A stretch of DNA of 64,000 bases from a virus (IMGVR_UViG_3300034200_001443:1-64000), one strand, 5' to 3'; positions 15,401 through 24,467 are shown, numbered from the stretch's first letter. Notes: generated from the sequence alone by a model not told the origin. Numbers and translations: made by a program.

Positions 15401-18117
15401 TCCACGTTCTTAAGAGCGAAGCAGAAGCTGGCAGTAACGCAGTAGATCTAACCACTCAAGGCAGTGGTTCTGCAATGGTTCTAACAAAAACAGTCCCATC
15501 TACTCCTATTATTAGAAGAATTACTGCTATTGGTTCTGATACTCAGATTACAGTAGACCGTCCATACAACACTACTTATGCTGGAGTTAACTTTTCTTAT
15601 CCGACTTTCGTTTATGTTCGTCCACAAGGATACTCATTGCATCGTCCGTTTGACGGCGGCGTTGAGATGTCAACAGGTTTTGGTACTTGGTATGGTTCGA
15701 TTATTCGCCAGACTCGTAAGTATTTCCGTTATCAGTCAGGTAAGGGTATCCAGACATCTGCTGGTATAAACTTTAAGCCTTCGATTGATATCGAAAACAT
15801 GGCAAGAATTGGCTCATCACAAGTTGTGTCTGTAAGAACACGCAGACCTCATGGTCTTATTAGTGGATTATCAGCTCGTATTGATGATGCTGAGACATCA
15901 CAAGGAGTTCTTAGCACCGTTTATAACGGAACATTCCAAGTAACAGTAATTGATTCTTTTAACTTTACATTTATAGCTACAGCTACAATTGTAGAAAATA
16001 CAGCATATGGATTCCCACGTCTACATGTGACTGGATGGGTTAATGGAGCTCTCCGAGCTGGTATGTTTGATGATCAAAACGGTATGTTCTTTGAGTTTGA
16101 TGGTCAAAAACTTTACGCTGTTCGTCGTTCTTCTACTCAACAGATTGCTGGAACATGTGCTGCTCTACAAGGATCAGAATTTTTGTTCGGAACAAATACA
16201 TCGTTTAGTAAGCAATTAACTGTTGGTGATTCTATTGTATTAAGAGGTCAAACCTATAAAGTCGGTTCAATTGACAGTGATACTCGTTTGACTATTAAAC
16301 CAGAATTTAAAGGTAACTCTGGAAACGAAAGAGAGTTCGTTCCAGGAGATGGAAGTACTGGAGTTGTTAGAACAGCTAACGACTCATTCGTAATTTTAAG
16401 TCACGGATTTAGTCAAAATCTTCCACTTCAATATAATGCTATTGACGGAAGCCCAATAGGTGGTCTTATTAATGGTCGTACATATTATGTAAATGTTGTT
16501 GACAACAACACATTTAGACTAAAAGCTTCACCAACTGCAACTCAAAACATAACTATATCTAGCGCAGGAACTGGAACACCGCATTCATTTACTCCAGCCA
16601 AGACTGGTATTATTGCAACTCTTACCGTAGACACTAGAACTCCTCAAGAAGAATGGTCTATCGATGTTTGCGACGGTCAAGGTGTTACTGGGTATAACCT
16701 AGATTTATCTAAAATTCAGATGATTTACATGGACTACTCTTGGTATGGTGCAGGTAAGATTCGTTATGGATTCAAAACTGTAGATGGTCAAGTTCGTTAT
16801 GTACACGAGTATGTACATAATAACCAAAAGTACGAGTCATACTTCCGTTCTGGTAACTTGCCAGCTCGTTACGAAGTAGCTACTTTTGCTGGTCCAACTT
16901 ACATCCCATCACTATTCCACTGGGGCACCTCGGTTATGATGGACGGTAAGTTTGATGATGATCGCGCTTACTTGTTCTCTAAGTCAAGTCCATCGCTAAA
17001 TATTGGTGGAACAACTGCAAAGCAGTTTGGCTCTACCGCGATTAACATTACTCCGTTTGGTTCAACTCCAAACTCATTAAACGATATTATAACTATTCCT
17101 TCCCATGGTTTTGCTACTGGAGACGCAGTTAGCTTCTTAGGAACTGGATCTACTGGCCGTCCACAAACCAACGATCAAAACCCACAAATTCAAACTATTG
17201 TTGGTGTAAACACTAATGCTAATTTAAGAAATGAAACAATTTACTTTATTAGAGTGTTTAATGCTAATAATATAATTTTGTTTTACACTCAAGCAGCAGC
17301 TCAAGCAACTCCTTTAACTATTGCAACTCGTCAAAAAACTAATGGCACTGTAACTATAACAACATCTGCTTCTCACGGTTTTTCTAACAACGATTCTATT
17401 TTTATAAACTTACCTTCTTCAGATACACTAGCCGCTGGCTACAACGGTGTTCACACAATTACAGTAACAGGTGCAACAACATTTACTTACGTTAATGGAT
17501 TCCAAGGCGGTATCTTTACTACAGGTTCACAATCTGCTCCCGCTGGTTCAATAGCTACAAAGAACGCTGTTAACTTTTTAAGTCCAGGAAATTCAACAGC
17601 TACCTACAGCTTAACCCCAGCCGGGTCATTAAACAACACTTCTGGAGCAAATTATCAACCTCTAATCTCTTTACGTCTTAGCCCATCGGTATCTGAAGGT
17701 TTAACTGGTGCTCTTGGTGATCGAGATGTTATTAACCGAATGCAGCTTCGTTTAAATGAAATTGGTATACAAACTAACCAGTTAATTGATGTTAAGGTTC
17801 TTTTAAATGGTCGTTTAAATAACCTAAACTTCCAAGCAATCGACAACCCATCACTCGTTCAAATTATTACCCATACATCTAACGACACTATTTCTGGTGG
17901 AGTTCAGGTATATGCTTTTAGAGCTAACGGTGCAGCTGGAGCCGAGCAAACTACCTTGGTTGACGTAAGCGAGCTATTTGAGCTTTCAAATTCTATTCTT
18001 GGAGGTAACTCAGCCTTCCCAGACGGACCTGATATCCTTACTGTTGCGGTAGCTCGTTTAACAGGTAACGAGACCCTGGCATCTGCAAAACTATCATGGG
18101 CTGAAGCTCAGGCATAA
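9427..18117 (+). CDS. Giant (2896 aa) repeat-rich virion surface protein
   Basis: aaggag RBS; Gly-rich domain (GETITIVVGQRG...GGGGGG); many copies of 'T...H....G....ISG....FNG.Y.V......FTY' and 'HGF..G..V.Y......GL.....YYV' domains; C-terminal RQTRKYFRYQSGK...YSWYGAG region. Confidence 0.75.
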   Translation: MPINITAVGGSGTHTLQKVNVNLEEDYIYFARRDSITAFPSNITDDSAWVYRDGSADISGLTTNTVYYTNTDAYTIGFASTQGGSNIDLTEYTVGSVTLNYPNVFDNSFNISSVKYDNQQAVRYLTDSTPITGLTSGSVYYVKNQLTGLGGSALYEFTTFDFTSAGVTGRFGPTIEQLRTSYSSAAWRNTYLSQGSFQGYQDWIVPEDGVYEFNVKGAPGRQGRALGGGGSIIRGRVRLIKGETITIVVGQRGELPASGNTWPGSSGASWVVRKSGNIPLFVAGGGSSSGNTTSGLNAVTTSNGGTSSTGQLGGTNGNGGPSNAIGGAGGGFLSNGGNGTQVTGPHAGGGGIGFPSGLAGGLRSQDSTASGNGGFGGGGGGNNSTGSSGGAGGYSGGAANTNTANTVGGGGGSFIFATATNIGTSNGLYNGSATILGQSISNLAQFNTGDVEGSVSVTLVERSVFGFKIYATPSNAESDTDPIAIAPAGSQYHALVPLRVDFELNKVNTLTPHGLLEGEAVQYFFTGTALGGLNNTDVYYVDRIDDYSYKLSLTPDPNFTEINLTTEANATNQGLSRVIVNTATNVITINNHGFLVDQPVRYSSGSGNTITPLQNNSTYYIKEVLDANRFTLSQSLQGPVIDFTSVGTGTNHSFILTVVNDLEDSLYIPTHGYVSGQTVRYQKSRDFVITTISSSTTTRIINTSEPHGIQVGSRVTLDGFARPNATAVTPITITRTASSGQTRSLTLASNHSYSAGMYVQISGFTGTNATRFNGIYILTVASGNTLSYTAEESVSITDGAVTGNFTIVRRPDLEMLEHTRILNVRSIASSGTTRTIITNEPHYYSTGQFVWIQGISGNVSGIQDDIGEYFNGVFAISATSGTNQFSYVASHEGTPSNLQPSITFTTIPVGTLGVNASGTVYREQIVTSVSSTQLQYSMPSSSLTFGPETAIGRVSKIGVRINNRNLGVSRFGETSNIASITTDVNHDLAVGDRFTVQTLVGGTNANQDVFHGTYRALTGSSGTTLLYTPEIKTVNILDRRLTGSTNNIINLTTPHDFIAGNFVYLENNNSDSNGFNATYWNNKVNIISRESTSTTRTINTDNPHFYSVGDRIKISNVTGDNASDFIGEYTVASIPTTTQFTYTAVNALNTALLTITGVSEKAFPIATVPAFSVSNRSRVGTVADITTSANHDLLVGETVRLDNVTVGGVLQPEFIGDFVITGVPAANRFTFTTATTGTITAAVASGTIVAVNQIRYTGPTYTRTLSARQLISNTVASFTTTFDHYLSPGTTVTISSISGNQQSVFNGTWVIASTPTARTFTVTRPQQAGVTTFSITTRQRTLNVARITTSASHTLKAGDIISINSITGADADQFNGTHTVSTVISATVFEFFTLASANITSASVTGNMLIEQLVSENVSGTVTLNTIPRVNATAGNLKLREVPASALVGELVTDTKISGLENQRIYYIQRVDANTVRLFNDITLLSSTNISSVGIGTHALVTFSVNFNDNTITIPNNGFSLGELVEYDSVGQTVISGLTSGTPYYIIPVNGNTFKLATSSSNAENNVAIDLVDSPAPVGRQKLKSLIRTPDGTYVISDIVDANTFEVTAAGTVPEIVKIFNPRTSLDITQNIIKVVSHGFNTGTEVTYSNGGGTDIQGLVDDTHYYVIVVNKDWIRLAETEEDASSGVVLTLSSFGAGLAHTLTSVQINGQITGTGTVTTTSGSVLVNGSGTSFSKILKVGDRLRLFPTDTTTPAYFASTDINTSTENITVAAHPFVTGDAVSFNPGTGGPIRQIFRISKSGQTVTIVTREPHGYSTSNTATISGLSNASAASEFNGTYTITVSDTFTFTYTHPVSIASAITNEYQTSGTVQTTGAGGVAPNPLVSNYYYFVRSIPFTTTATVSNRRRFTLNGFTYLEFTTSANHNLRAGNTFTVSGIGGVNPEVFNGAWTVHQVTSATVVTVNVPVAGDIALGTPVIGGTLTPTTSNSLTLHVLKSEAEAGSNAVDLTTQGSGSAMVLTKTVPSTPIIRRITAIGSDTQITVDRPYNTTYAGVNFSYPTFVYVRPQGYSLHRPFDGGVEMSTGFGTWYGSIIRQTRKYFRYQSGKGIQTSAGINFKPSIDIENMARIGSSQVVSVRTRRPHGLISGLSARIDDAETSQGVLSTVYNGTFQVTVIDSFNFTFIATATIVENTAYGFPRLHVTGWVNGALRAGMFDDQNGMFFEFDGQKLYAVRRSSTQQIAGTCAALQGSEFLFGTNTSFSKQLTVGDSIVLRGQTYKVGSIDSDTRLTIKPEFKGNSGNEREFVPGDGSTGVVRTANDSFVILSHGFSQNLPLQYNAIDGSPIGGLINGRTYYVNVVDNNTFRLKASPTATQNITISSAGTGTPHSFTPAKTGIIATLTVDTRTPQEEWSIDVCDGQGVTGYNLDLSKIQMIYMDYSWYGAGKIRYGFKTVDGQVRYVHEYVHNNQKYESYFRSGNLPARYEVATFAGPTYIPSLFHWGTSVMMDGKFDDDRAYLFSKSSPSLNIGGTTAKQFGSTAINITPFGSTPNSLNDIITIPSHGFATGDAVSFLGTGSTGRPQTNDQNPQIQTIVGVNTNANLRNETIYFIRVFNANNIILFYTQAAAQATPLTIATRQKTNGTVTITTSASHGFSNNDSIFINLPSSDTLAAGYNGVHTITVTGATTFTYVNGFQGGIFTTGSQSAPAGSIATKNAVNFLSPGNSTATYSLTPAGSLNNTSGANYQPLISLRLSPSVSEGLTGALGDRDVINRMQLRLNEIGIQTNQLIDVKVLLNGRLNNLNFQAIDNPSLVQIITHTSNDTISGGVQVYAFRANGAAGAEQTTLVDVSELFELSNSILGGNSAFPDGPDILTVAVARLTGNETLASAKLSWAEAQA

Positions 18118-18126
18118 GGGGTCAAT

Positions 18127-18651
18127 ATGGCTATCACTCGGTTGGGGACAGCTAGGCCCAATGCTAACCAAGCTACTGGTATTTATACTTTTTCTGAAAG
18201 TTATTTAATATCGGTAATTGTGGCTAATGTTGCTGCTACCTCCACTCCTATACCAAAATGTGCTATATACGTTGTACCAGCTGGAGCTATAACTGAAACA
18301 TCATATTCTTATATATGCAACAATTTAATTGTTGGTTTTGGTACTTCATTTGAAACATTTAGGTTTGCTGTAAACGCGGGAGATGTTCTAACTGTAAGAC
18401 CTTCTACAGATACTTTAGCTTTTAGCGTATTTGGTATTCTTCAAGATGATGTTGTAGGTCAAGGAGATTTACCTCAAACATTTACCAATAAAGTTATAAG
18501 AGGGGTAAGTAACACTTTATATGTAGACAAAGGTACTAGCGGGCAAAGAAATCCTGCCGCTGAGGTAGGTTATGTTCGTTTTAATATAGAGTACGATACC
18601 CTAGAGGTTAGAACTACTAATGGTTGGAAGAGAGTGACGGTAACCGAATAA
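18127..18651 (+). CDS. Hypothetical virion protein, N-terminal domain paralogous to the next gene
   Basis: Shares 'IY..P.G...[14 protein letters not shown]...GDV' with 18651..20588. Confidence 0.7.
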   Translation: MAITRLGTARPNANQATGIYTFSESYLISVIVANVAATSTPIPKCAIYVVPAGAITETSYSYICNNLIVGFGTSFETFRFAVNAGDVLTVRPSTDTLAFSVFGILQDDVVGQGDLPQTFTNKVIRGVSNTLYVDKGTSGQRNPAAEVGYVRFNIEYDTLEVRTTNGWKRVTVTE

Positions 18652-20588
18652 TGGCTGTTAGAAGAGTTGGTATTGTAAATCCATTAGCAAATGTTGCTGG
18701 ATCATTTCCTGCTTCAACACTAAGCGGTGTTGCTTCTATTATAGCAGCTAATACAGGAAATACACCAGCTTTAACTACTATATATATACAACCGTCTGGA
18801 ACGGTATCGTCAACAGATAGAGTATTTCTTTGTTCAAATTTAGAAATTGGAGTGGGTCAATCTTTTGAAACATTTAGATTTGCTCTTTCAGTTGGAGATG
18901 TAGGTTGGGTACAAAGTACAACATCTTCTGTATCTTCTTCTTTGACTTTAGTTTATGAAACTGAAGGAAAAACAAATGTAGTTTATCAAGAAAGCCAACC
19001 AAGCTTTCCTGAAGTAGGTTACATGTGGGTAAAGCCAAGTAATGGAGAAGTTTACTTTTTTGATGGATCTACTTGGGAGCAACTTGCTTATATAGGTCTT
19101 GGACCAACAGGTGCTACAGGTTCTACAGGACCTCAAGGTATTGTTGGCCCCACTGGTCCTCAAGGATCTGGAGTTCAAGTTTTAGGAACATACTCAACTG
19201 TAGAACTTTTAGAAGCTGATAATCCTGTAGGAAATATTGGAGATTCGTATATTGTTCAAAATGATCTTTACATTTGGTCTGATCTAAACCAAGAGTGGTA
19301 CGACGCTGGTCCATTTGTTGGCCCTACAGGAGCTACAGGTGTAGCTGGTGTAACAGGTGCAACAGGGTCTGCAGGAAATACAGGACCGACAGGACCTACT
19401 GGCCCAGAGGGGGGTCCTACTGGCCCTACTGGTGTCTCTGGAGCAGCTGGTGCAACAGGTGCGACAGGTGCGACAGGTGTAACAGGCCCTACTGGTCCTA
19501 GATCAGCTCCTGTATGGAGATTTAGCTCTACAACAACTGACTCAGATCCAGGAAATGGACAATTTAGACTTAATAGTGGAACTATCGGATCTGCTACTCA
19601 GCTGTATGTAAATAAATTAGATTTTGTTTACGGATTTGATTTTTCTAGTTGGATAGAAACATGGGATGATTCAACATCACCTGTCGGTGGAGTTATAACT
19701 CTTTTTACGTCTGCTGGAGCTGTAAGAACTATTCTTTCTGTTACTTCAGATGTTGTTCTGTCTGATAACTACTACAAAATACCTATTTCTTTAATTTCTG
19801 GATCTATTCCATTAGCATCTAGTAATTATAATTTTGAGTTTTCTAGAACTGGAAATGCTGGAGAAACTGGACCAACAGGTCCTGCATCAACTGTAACTGG
19901 ACCTACTGGTGCTGCAGGGGCAACAGGTGCCACAGGAGCTACTGGCGGAACTGGCCCAACGGGGCCAGCTACAACAAATGTTAATCTTTTAGGAAGCGTT
20001 GCCAATACTGGTGCACTCCCAACAGGTGCTACTACAGAAGACACTTACATATCATTGGACACTGGAGATCTTTATTTCTGGGATGGATCTAACTGGGATA
20101 ATTTAGGTCCAATAAATGGACCGAGTGGACCTACAGGTGCTACTGGTGCAACAGGTCCTGCTGGCCCAACAGGTGCTAGTGGACCTACAGGTCCTGCTGG
20201 TGATACAGGTCCTGCTGGCCCAACAGGTGCTGCATCTACTGTTACAGGCCCAACTGGACCACAAGGTGATTGGTCAAGCTCTCAAACTGTTAAGGAAGAA
20301 ACAGATAGCTACACTGTAATTGTTTCCGACGCAGGTAAGTTAATAAAACTTACAAAATCTACTGGTTTAACTTTAACTATACCAACCGAATCCGCACAAT
20401 CTTTTGGTGTAGGTCAGCAAGTAAACATAATTCAGTATGGAGCTGGTCAAGTAACAGTTACTGGTGATACAGGAGTTACTGTAAGATCAACACCTACATC
20501 AAAACTTAGAACTCAATACTCAACTGCTGTCCTTGTAAAAATAGCTACTAATGAGTGGGTTCTTGCTGGAGATTTGGCGCTTAGCTAA
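18651..20588 (+). CDS. Collagen-like fibre protein
   Basis: Start moved to the ATG at 18651 (TAATG overlap, MAVRRVG, parallel to MAITRLG of the previous gene). GPT/GAT runs; C-terminal domain shared with 3166..5052. Confidence 0.85.
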   Translation: MAVRRVGIVNPLANVAGSFPASTLSGVASIIAANTGNTPALTTIYIQPSGTVSSTDRVFLCSNLEIGVGQSFETFRFALSVGDVGWVQSTTSSVSSSLTLVYETEGKTNVVYQESQPSFPEVGYMWVKPSNGEVYFFDGSTWEQLAYIGLGPTGATGSTGPQGIVGPTGPQGSGVQVLGTYSTVELLEADNPVGNIGDSYIVQNDLYIWSDLNQEWYDAGPFVGPTGATGVAGVTGATGSAGNTGPTGPTGPEGGPTGPTGVSGAAGATGATGATGVTGPTGPRSAPVWRFSSTTTDSDPGNGQFRLNSGTIGSATQLYVNKLDFVYGFDFSSWIETWDDSTSPVGGVITLFTSAGAVRTILSVTSDVVLSDNYYKIPISLISGSIPLASSNYNFEFSRTGNAGETGPTGPASTVTGPTGAAGATGATGATGGTGPTGPATTNVNLLGSVANTGALPTGATTEDTYISLDTGDLYFWDGSNWDNLGPINGPSGPTGATGATGPAGPTGASGPTGPAGDTGPAGPTGAASTVTGPTGPQGDWSSSQTVKEETDSYTVIVSDAGKLIKLTKSTGLTLTIPTESAQSFGVGQQVNIIQYGAGQVTVTGDTGVTVRSTPTSKLRTQYSTAVLVKIATNEWVLAGDLALS

Positions 20589-21238
20589 TGCCTATTACCG
20601 CTGGAATGATGAGCGCTGCTAGCGGGCTAAAAAACCCAGCTAATGCTGTCGAGCTTGGATATCGTATAAATTTATGCGCTAATCCAAATTTTGAAACATC
20701 AACTTTGTACTGGAATCAAAACGGAGCTGGGGTTTCTATAGAAAAAACTTCAGAAGAATTTTTTTCTGGAACTAGCTCTTTAAAAGTTACCCTAGACACT
20801 GCTTCATTTACTGGAGCTGTTTACGGAGGTTCTAATAGAATCCCCATAACACCAAGTCAGTCTTATAGGTTTAGTCTTTACATAAAAACAGGTCCAGACA
20901 ACGCAGTTGCTAGTTACAGACTAAGAACTAGAACTTTTACCGCAGTAAGTGGGGGCAGCACTATTGCAAACCCAGCATCGACAGCTGTAGAAGTGCAGCC
21001 AGATTCAGAGTGGACTAGACTATCTTTTGCCCCTACACTTACAGATCCAGGCATTGCTGCCGTAACCCTGACAATTGATAGAACCACTACAGCACCATCT
21101 GCAGGAGATATTTTATATATAGACAATGTATTGTTTGAAAAATCTTCTACTTTGAATGATTATTTTGATGGAAACTCCCTAGGAGCCTTTTGGGGAGGAG
21201 AAATAAACGCTAGTATTAGCGGTACGACACCTTACTAG
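20588..21238 (+). CDS. Carbohydrate-binding-module-like (CBM4/9-type jelly roll) virion protein
   Basis: 'NL..NPNFE...W...SG..SLKV...Y.FS.Y.K...W.RL...YIDNV.FE' pattern; TAATG coupling. Confidence 0.65.
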   Translation: MPITAGMMSAASGLKNPANAVELGYRINLCANPNFETSTLYWNQNGAGVSIEKTSEEFFSGTSSLKVTLDTASFTGAVYGGSNRIPITPSQSYRFSLYIKTGPDNAVASYRLRTRTFTAVSGGSTIANPASTAVEVQPDSEWTRLSFAPTLTDPGIAAVTLTIDRTTTAPSAGDILYIDNVLFEKSSTLNDYFDGNSLGAFWGGEINASISGTTPY

Positions 21239-21259
21239 TTATTATATTAGGAGAGACTA

Positions 21260-21838
21260 ATGACGGAAATACCAAATTGGTTTATAAATGATGCAATAAA
21301 AAACTTTTCTTTTTATCTTCCAAGGTTTATCAATAAAGAAACAAAAATTCTTCAAATAGGTGCTTATTCAGGAGATGCTTCAGAGTGGATTAGTAAAAAT
21401 ATAACAAATACCCACGAAAAATCTTTTTTAGTAGATGTAGATACATGGGAAGGATCAGATGAGCCACTACATAAAAGTATGGATTGGAAATCTGTAGAAA
21501 ATATATATGATGAAAAAACTAAAGAATATAAAGAATTAGGTAAAATAAAAAAATTTAAAGGAACTAGCGACGAATTTTTTAAAACTAACGAGGAAGTATT
21601 TGATTTTATCTATATAGACGGTGACCACACTTCTTACGGAGTTTTAAAAGATGCAATAAATTCTTACGAATGCCTGTCTATAAACGGCATTGTGGCTTTT
21701 GATGACTACAGATGGTCAGCTAATTTAGGGCCTTTAAAAGAACCTAAAGCTGCGATAGATAGTTTTTTTCATGTGTATCAAGATAGAATAGATATTATGT
21801 TTAAAGATTACCAAGCTTGGTATAGAAAGGTACGCTAG
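21260..21838 (+). CDS. Class I SAM-dependent methyltransferase (Methyltransf_24-like)
   Basis: LQIGAYSG, VDTWEGS, FDFIYIDGDH and GIVAFDDY motifs. Confidence 0.85.
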   Translation: MTEIPNWFINDAIKNFSFYLPRFINKETKILQIGAYSGDASEWISKNITNTHEKSFLVDVDTWEGSDEPLHKSMDWKSVENIYDEKTKEYKELGKIKKFKGTSDEFFKTNEEVFDFIYIDGDHTSYGVLKDAINSYECLSINGIVAFDDYRWSANLGPLKEPKAAIDSFFHVYQDRIDIMFKDYQAWYRKVR

Positions 21839-21841
21839 GAT

Positions 21842-22939
21842 ATGAGCGACAAAGAGGGGAAAACAATGAAGGTTGCTATCTACACTATAGCTTTAAACGA
21901 ACTTCAGTTTGTAGAAAAATGGTACAACTCTGCTAAAGATGCAGACTACTTACTTATTGCAGACACTGGTTCAACTGATGGGACAATAGAAAAAGCAAAA
22001 GAGCTCGGTATTAATGTTGTAGAGATTAGAGTATCTCCTTGGAGATTTGACGACGCAAGAAATGCTGCTTTAGCTGCACTTCCACTAGATATTGATATGT
22101 GTATTTCTCTTGATATGGATGAAGTAATAACTCCTAACTGGAGAGAGCCTCTTCAAAAAGCATGGGAGCAAGGAATTACTCGTCCTAGATACAAGCATGT
22201 TTGGTCTTGGAATGATGATGGAAGTCCTGGATTAGAGTTTAGTTACGACCATATTCACTCTCGCAAAAACTATCGTTGGAAGCACCCAGTACATGAATGT
22301 TTATATGTTTATGGAAGAGATCAAATAGAAGGATGGATCGATGAAATTGAAACTCATCATCATCCAGATCCAACAAAAAGTAGGTCTCAATATCTGCCTT
22401 TGTTAGCTATGTCTGTTAAAGAAGATCCATATAACGATAGAAATGCTTTTTACTATGGAAGAGAGCTACATTTTTATGGAAAAAATGAAGAAGCAGCAAA
22501 AGAATTAAAAAGATATTTAGACCTTCCTACTGCAACTTGGGCACCAGAAAGAGCGGCAGCCATGAGATTTATTGGAAAATCTCTTCCAAGTGAATCAGAT
22601 ATTTGGTTTAAAAAAGCTGTAGAGCAAGCGCCTGGAAGAAGAGAAGCTTTAGTCGATCTTGCTAAGTATTACTACACAAGGCAAGAGTGGGAAAATTCTT
22701 TATATTATGCTAAAGAAGCTATAGAAATAAAAGAAAAACCTCTAGAGTATCTTTGTGAAGCAGAGGCTTGGGGAGCAGCTCCACATGATTATGCTTCTAT
22801 AGCTTGCTATAGATTAGGTAAATTTAGTGAAGCTTTAGAACACGCTGAAGAAGCTTTTGCTAAAGACCCAAGCAATGAAAGATTAAAAGAAAACTACAAT
22901 TGGTGTGCCAAAGCTGTTGTAGACGAAAAAACTAGTTAG
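21842..22939 (+). CDS. Glycosyltransferase family 2 with C-terminal TPR repeats
   Basis: IALNE...ADTGSTDGT, FDDARNAAL, LDMDE (DxD) and VHE motifs, then helical TPR-like repeats. The start may be the later MKVAIY. Confidence 0.9.
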   Translation: MSDKEGKTMKVAIYTIALNELQFVEKWYNSAKDADYLLIADTGSTDGTIEKAKELGINVVEIRVSPWRFDDARNAALAALPLDIDMCISLDMDEVITPNWREPLQKAWEQGITRPRYKHVWSWNDDGSPGLEFSYDHIHSRKNYRWKHPVHECLYVYGRDQIEGWIDEIETHHHPDPTKSRSQYLPLLAMSVKEDPYNDRNAFYYGRELHFYGKNEEAAKELKRYLDLPTATWAPERAAAMRFIGKSLPSESDIWFKKAVEQAPGRREALVDLAKYYYTRQEWENSLYYAKEAIEIKEKPLEYLCEAEAWGAAPHDYASIACYRLGKFSEALEHAEEAFAKDPSNERLKENYNWCAKAVVDEKTS

Positions 22940-23423
22940 AAGGTTTTTTCTTCTTTTTAGTCTTTTTTATTTCTGACTTTTCTTGTTTGTAAGCTTCTAC
23001 AGCATTTGCGCTAGTACGGCTTCTCCAAGCAAAACCACATTCTGTGCAAGTAACAACCTTTGCTGTTGTCCAACGACCACCATTAGGTAGTTCTTCTATA
23101 GATGTTTCAAGCTTAGATGGCCTAGCTGTGCAATAAGGGCAGTTTGGGAATCTACGGCGTCTTGTCTCTTCTCCGTTATAAGAAACAGATAGTGTTCTGC
23201 GAATATCAACTTCATCTTTTCCACCCCAAATTCCCCAAATTTGCCGATGCTCTAGCGCCCATTGCAAGCACTCTGATCTAACTGGACATGTAAAGCACAT
23301 GTTTTTAGCTGCATATTTTTCTTTAAAGTCTTTAGAAAAGAACCAATCTAAGGCGTACCTATTAGAAGGCTTTGCACAGGTGGCTTCTGACTGCCAATTA
23401 AGATTTTCTGCTGGTTTCCACAT
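22932..23423 (-). CDS. whiB: WhiB-family transcription factor with C-terminal CxxC...CxxC zinc ribbon
   Basis: W...A.C...AK..C..CPV..EC...AL...WGIWGG, then CPYC...CTEC and a Lys-rich tail. Confidence 0.9.
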   Translation of the reverse strand: MWKPAENLNWQSEATCAKPSNRYALDWFFSKDFKEKYAAKNMCFTCPVRSECLQWALEHRQIWGIWGGKDEVDIRRTLSVSYNGEETRRRRFPNCPYCTARPSKLETSIEELPNGGRWTTAKVVTCTECGFAWRSRTSANAVEAYKQEKSEIKKTKKKKKPSN

Positions 23424-23483
23424 ACTACTATATTAGACTATAAACTATAAAAATATCGTCTATAACACTATATTTATTAAAAA

Positions 23484-23819
23484 TTATATTTCTATCCAAG
23501 TTGCAGGAAGGACGGAATCTACAAACTCTCCATACTCTGTTTCACCTAATTCATCACAAACTACATAATCTTCTTCATCTTCTATTATTCCAGTCCAGCC
23601 ATAATTAGGAAAGCATTTATCTATTAAGTTATATCCGTCTCCTAAAGAAATAGCTACCCCATCTCTTTGTAACGCTGAGGCTAAAGCTCTTCTTACTAAA
23701 TCATTTTCTAAATCTATATGATCAAAGGTGTAATAGATAACTGAACAATCTACCTGAGCGTCGTACCCAGAACCTTCCCATTCTTCCCAAAGAAAGTCGC
23801 CTGGTCTAGAGTCTTTCAC
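23484..23819 (-). CDS. Hypothetical acidic protein
   Basis: GTG start with aggag RBS; in the - strand gene run. Confidence 0.7.
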   Translation of the reverse strand: MKDSRPGDFLWEEWEGSGYDAQVDCSVIYYTFDHIDLENDLVRRALASALQRDGVAISLGDGYNLIDKCFPNYGWTGIIEDEEDYVVCDELGETEYGEFVDSVLPATWIEI

Positions 23820-23828
23820 TTATTACTC

Positions 23829-24122
23829 CTAATTAAAGTCTTCATCAGGATTAATATTAACTTCAAAATCAGGATCCCGCTGCTCTGAAAAATACACTTC
23901 ACTGGTTAGTTTTAATTCATAAATTCCAGCTATTGTTATTGAGCCGCACATAGCGCATACCTCTACCGCACCATTGTTGACTTTGTTAGGGACCTCTACG
24001 CCCTTTAGACGCATTAATATGCGTCCACTCTTATCCATACTCTCAGGCTCCCATTTTGCATGCTCACCCATCCAGCAAGCTTCGCAAATAGGAAAAGGAT
24101 TAATAACTGGTTCAGCAGCCAT
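23829..24122 (-). CDS. Hypothetical protein with two CxxC motifs
   Basis: CEAC and CAMC; in the - strand gene run. Confidence 0.7.
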   Translation of the reverse strand: MAAEPVINPFPICEACWMGEHAKWEPESMDKSGRILMRLKGVEVPNKVNNGAVEVCAMCGSITIAGIYELKLTSEVYFSEQRDPDFEVNINPDEDFN

Positions 24123-24160
24123 GTATCCAACTTTCAGTAAGTTAAGACAATATTCTACTC

Positions 24161-24451
24161 TTATGAAGCAAAGGAGATATCTTCTGTAAGTATTATATTT
24201 AGCTTACCTCGCATTTGCTTTCTTTCTTCTGGAGAGTATCCACCCCAAAAACCATGCTTTTCATTCTTTATAGCCCATTCGCCACACTCAGATATGTGGA
24301 CACATTTGGAACAAATTTTCTTGGCTTCTATATATCCATTAAGTCTTTGTCCTACAACTTCTTCATCTTTATCTTCAATATAAAACAGCTCTGCGCCTAT
24401 TTCAGCGCAGAGAGGTTGTTTATACATCCATGGTGGTACAAGCTCTGACAT
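24161..24451 (-). CDS. whiB: Second WhiB-family transcription factor
   Basis: W...PLC...AKKICSKC....EC...A....HGFWGG.SP.ER; ATG at 24451 with ggagggg RBS. Confidence 0.9.
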   Translation of the reverse strand: MSELVPPWMYKQPLCAEIGAELFYIEDKDEEVVGQRLNGYIEAKKICSKCVHISECGEWAIKNEKHGFWGGYSPEERKQMRGKLNIILTEDISFAS

Positions 24452-24467
24452 GTTCCCCTCCAAGAAA

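Noticed and set aside
21260-21838. DNA methyltransferase / restriction-modification component
   Set aside because: Lacks DPPY/NPPY or PC catalytic motifs; the IDGDH/FDDY pattern fits small-molecule or sugar methyltransferases.
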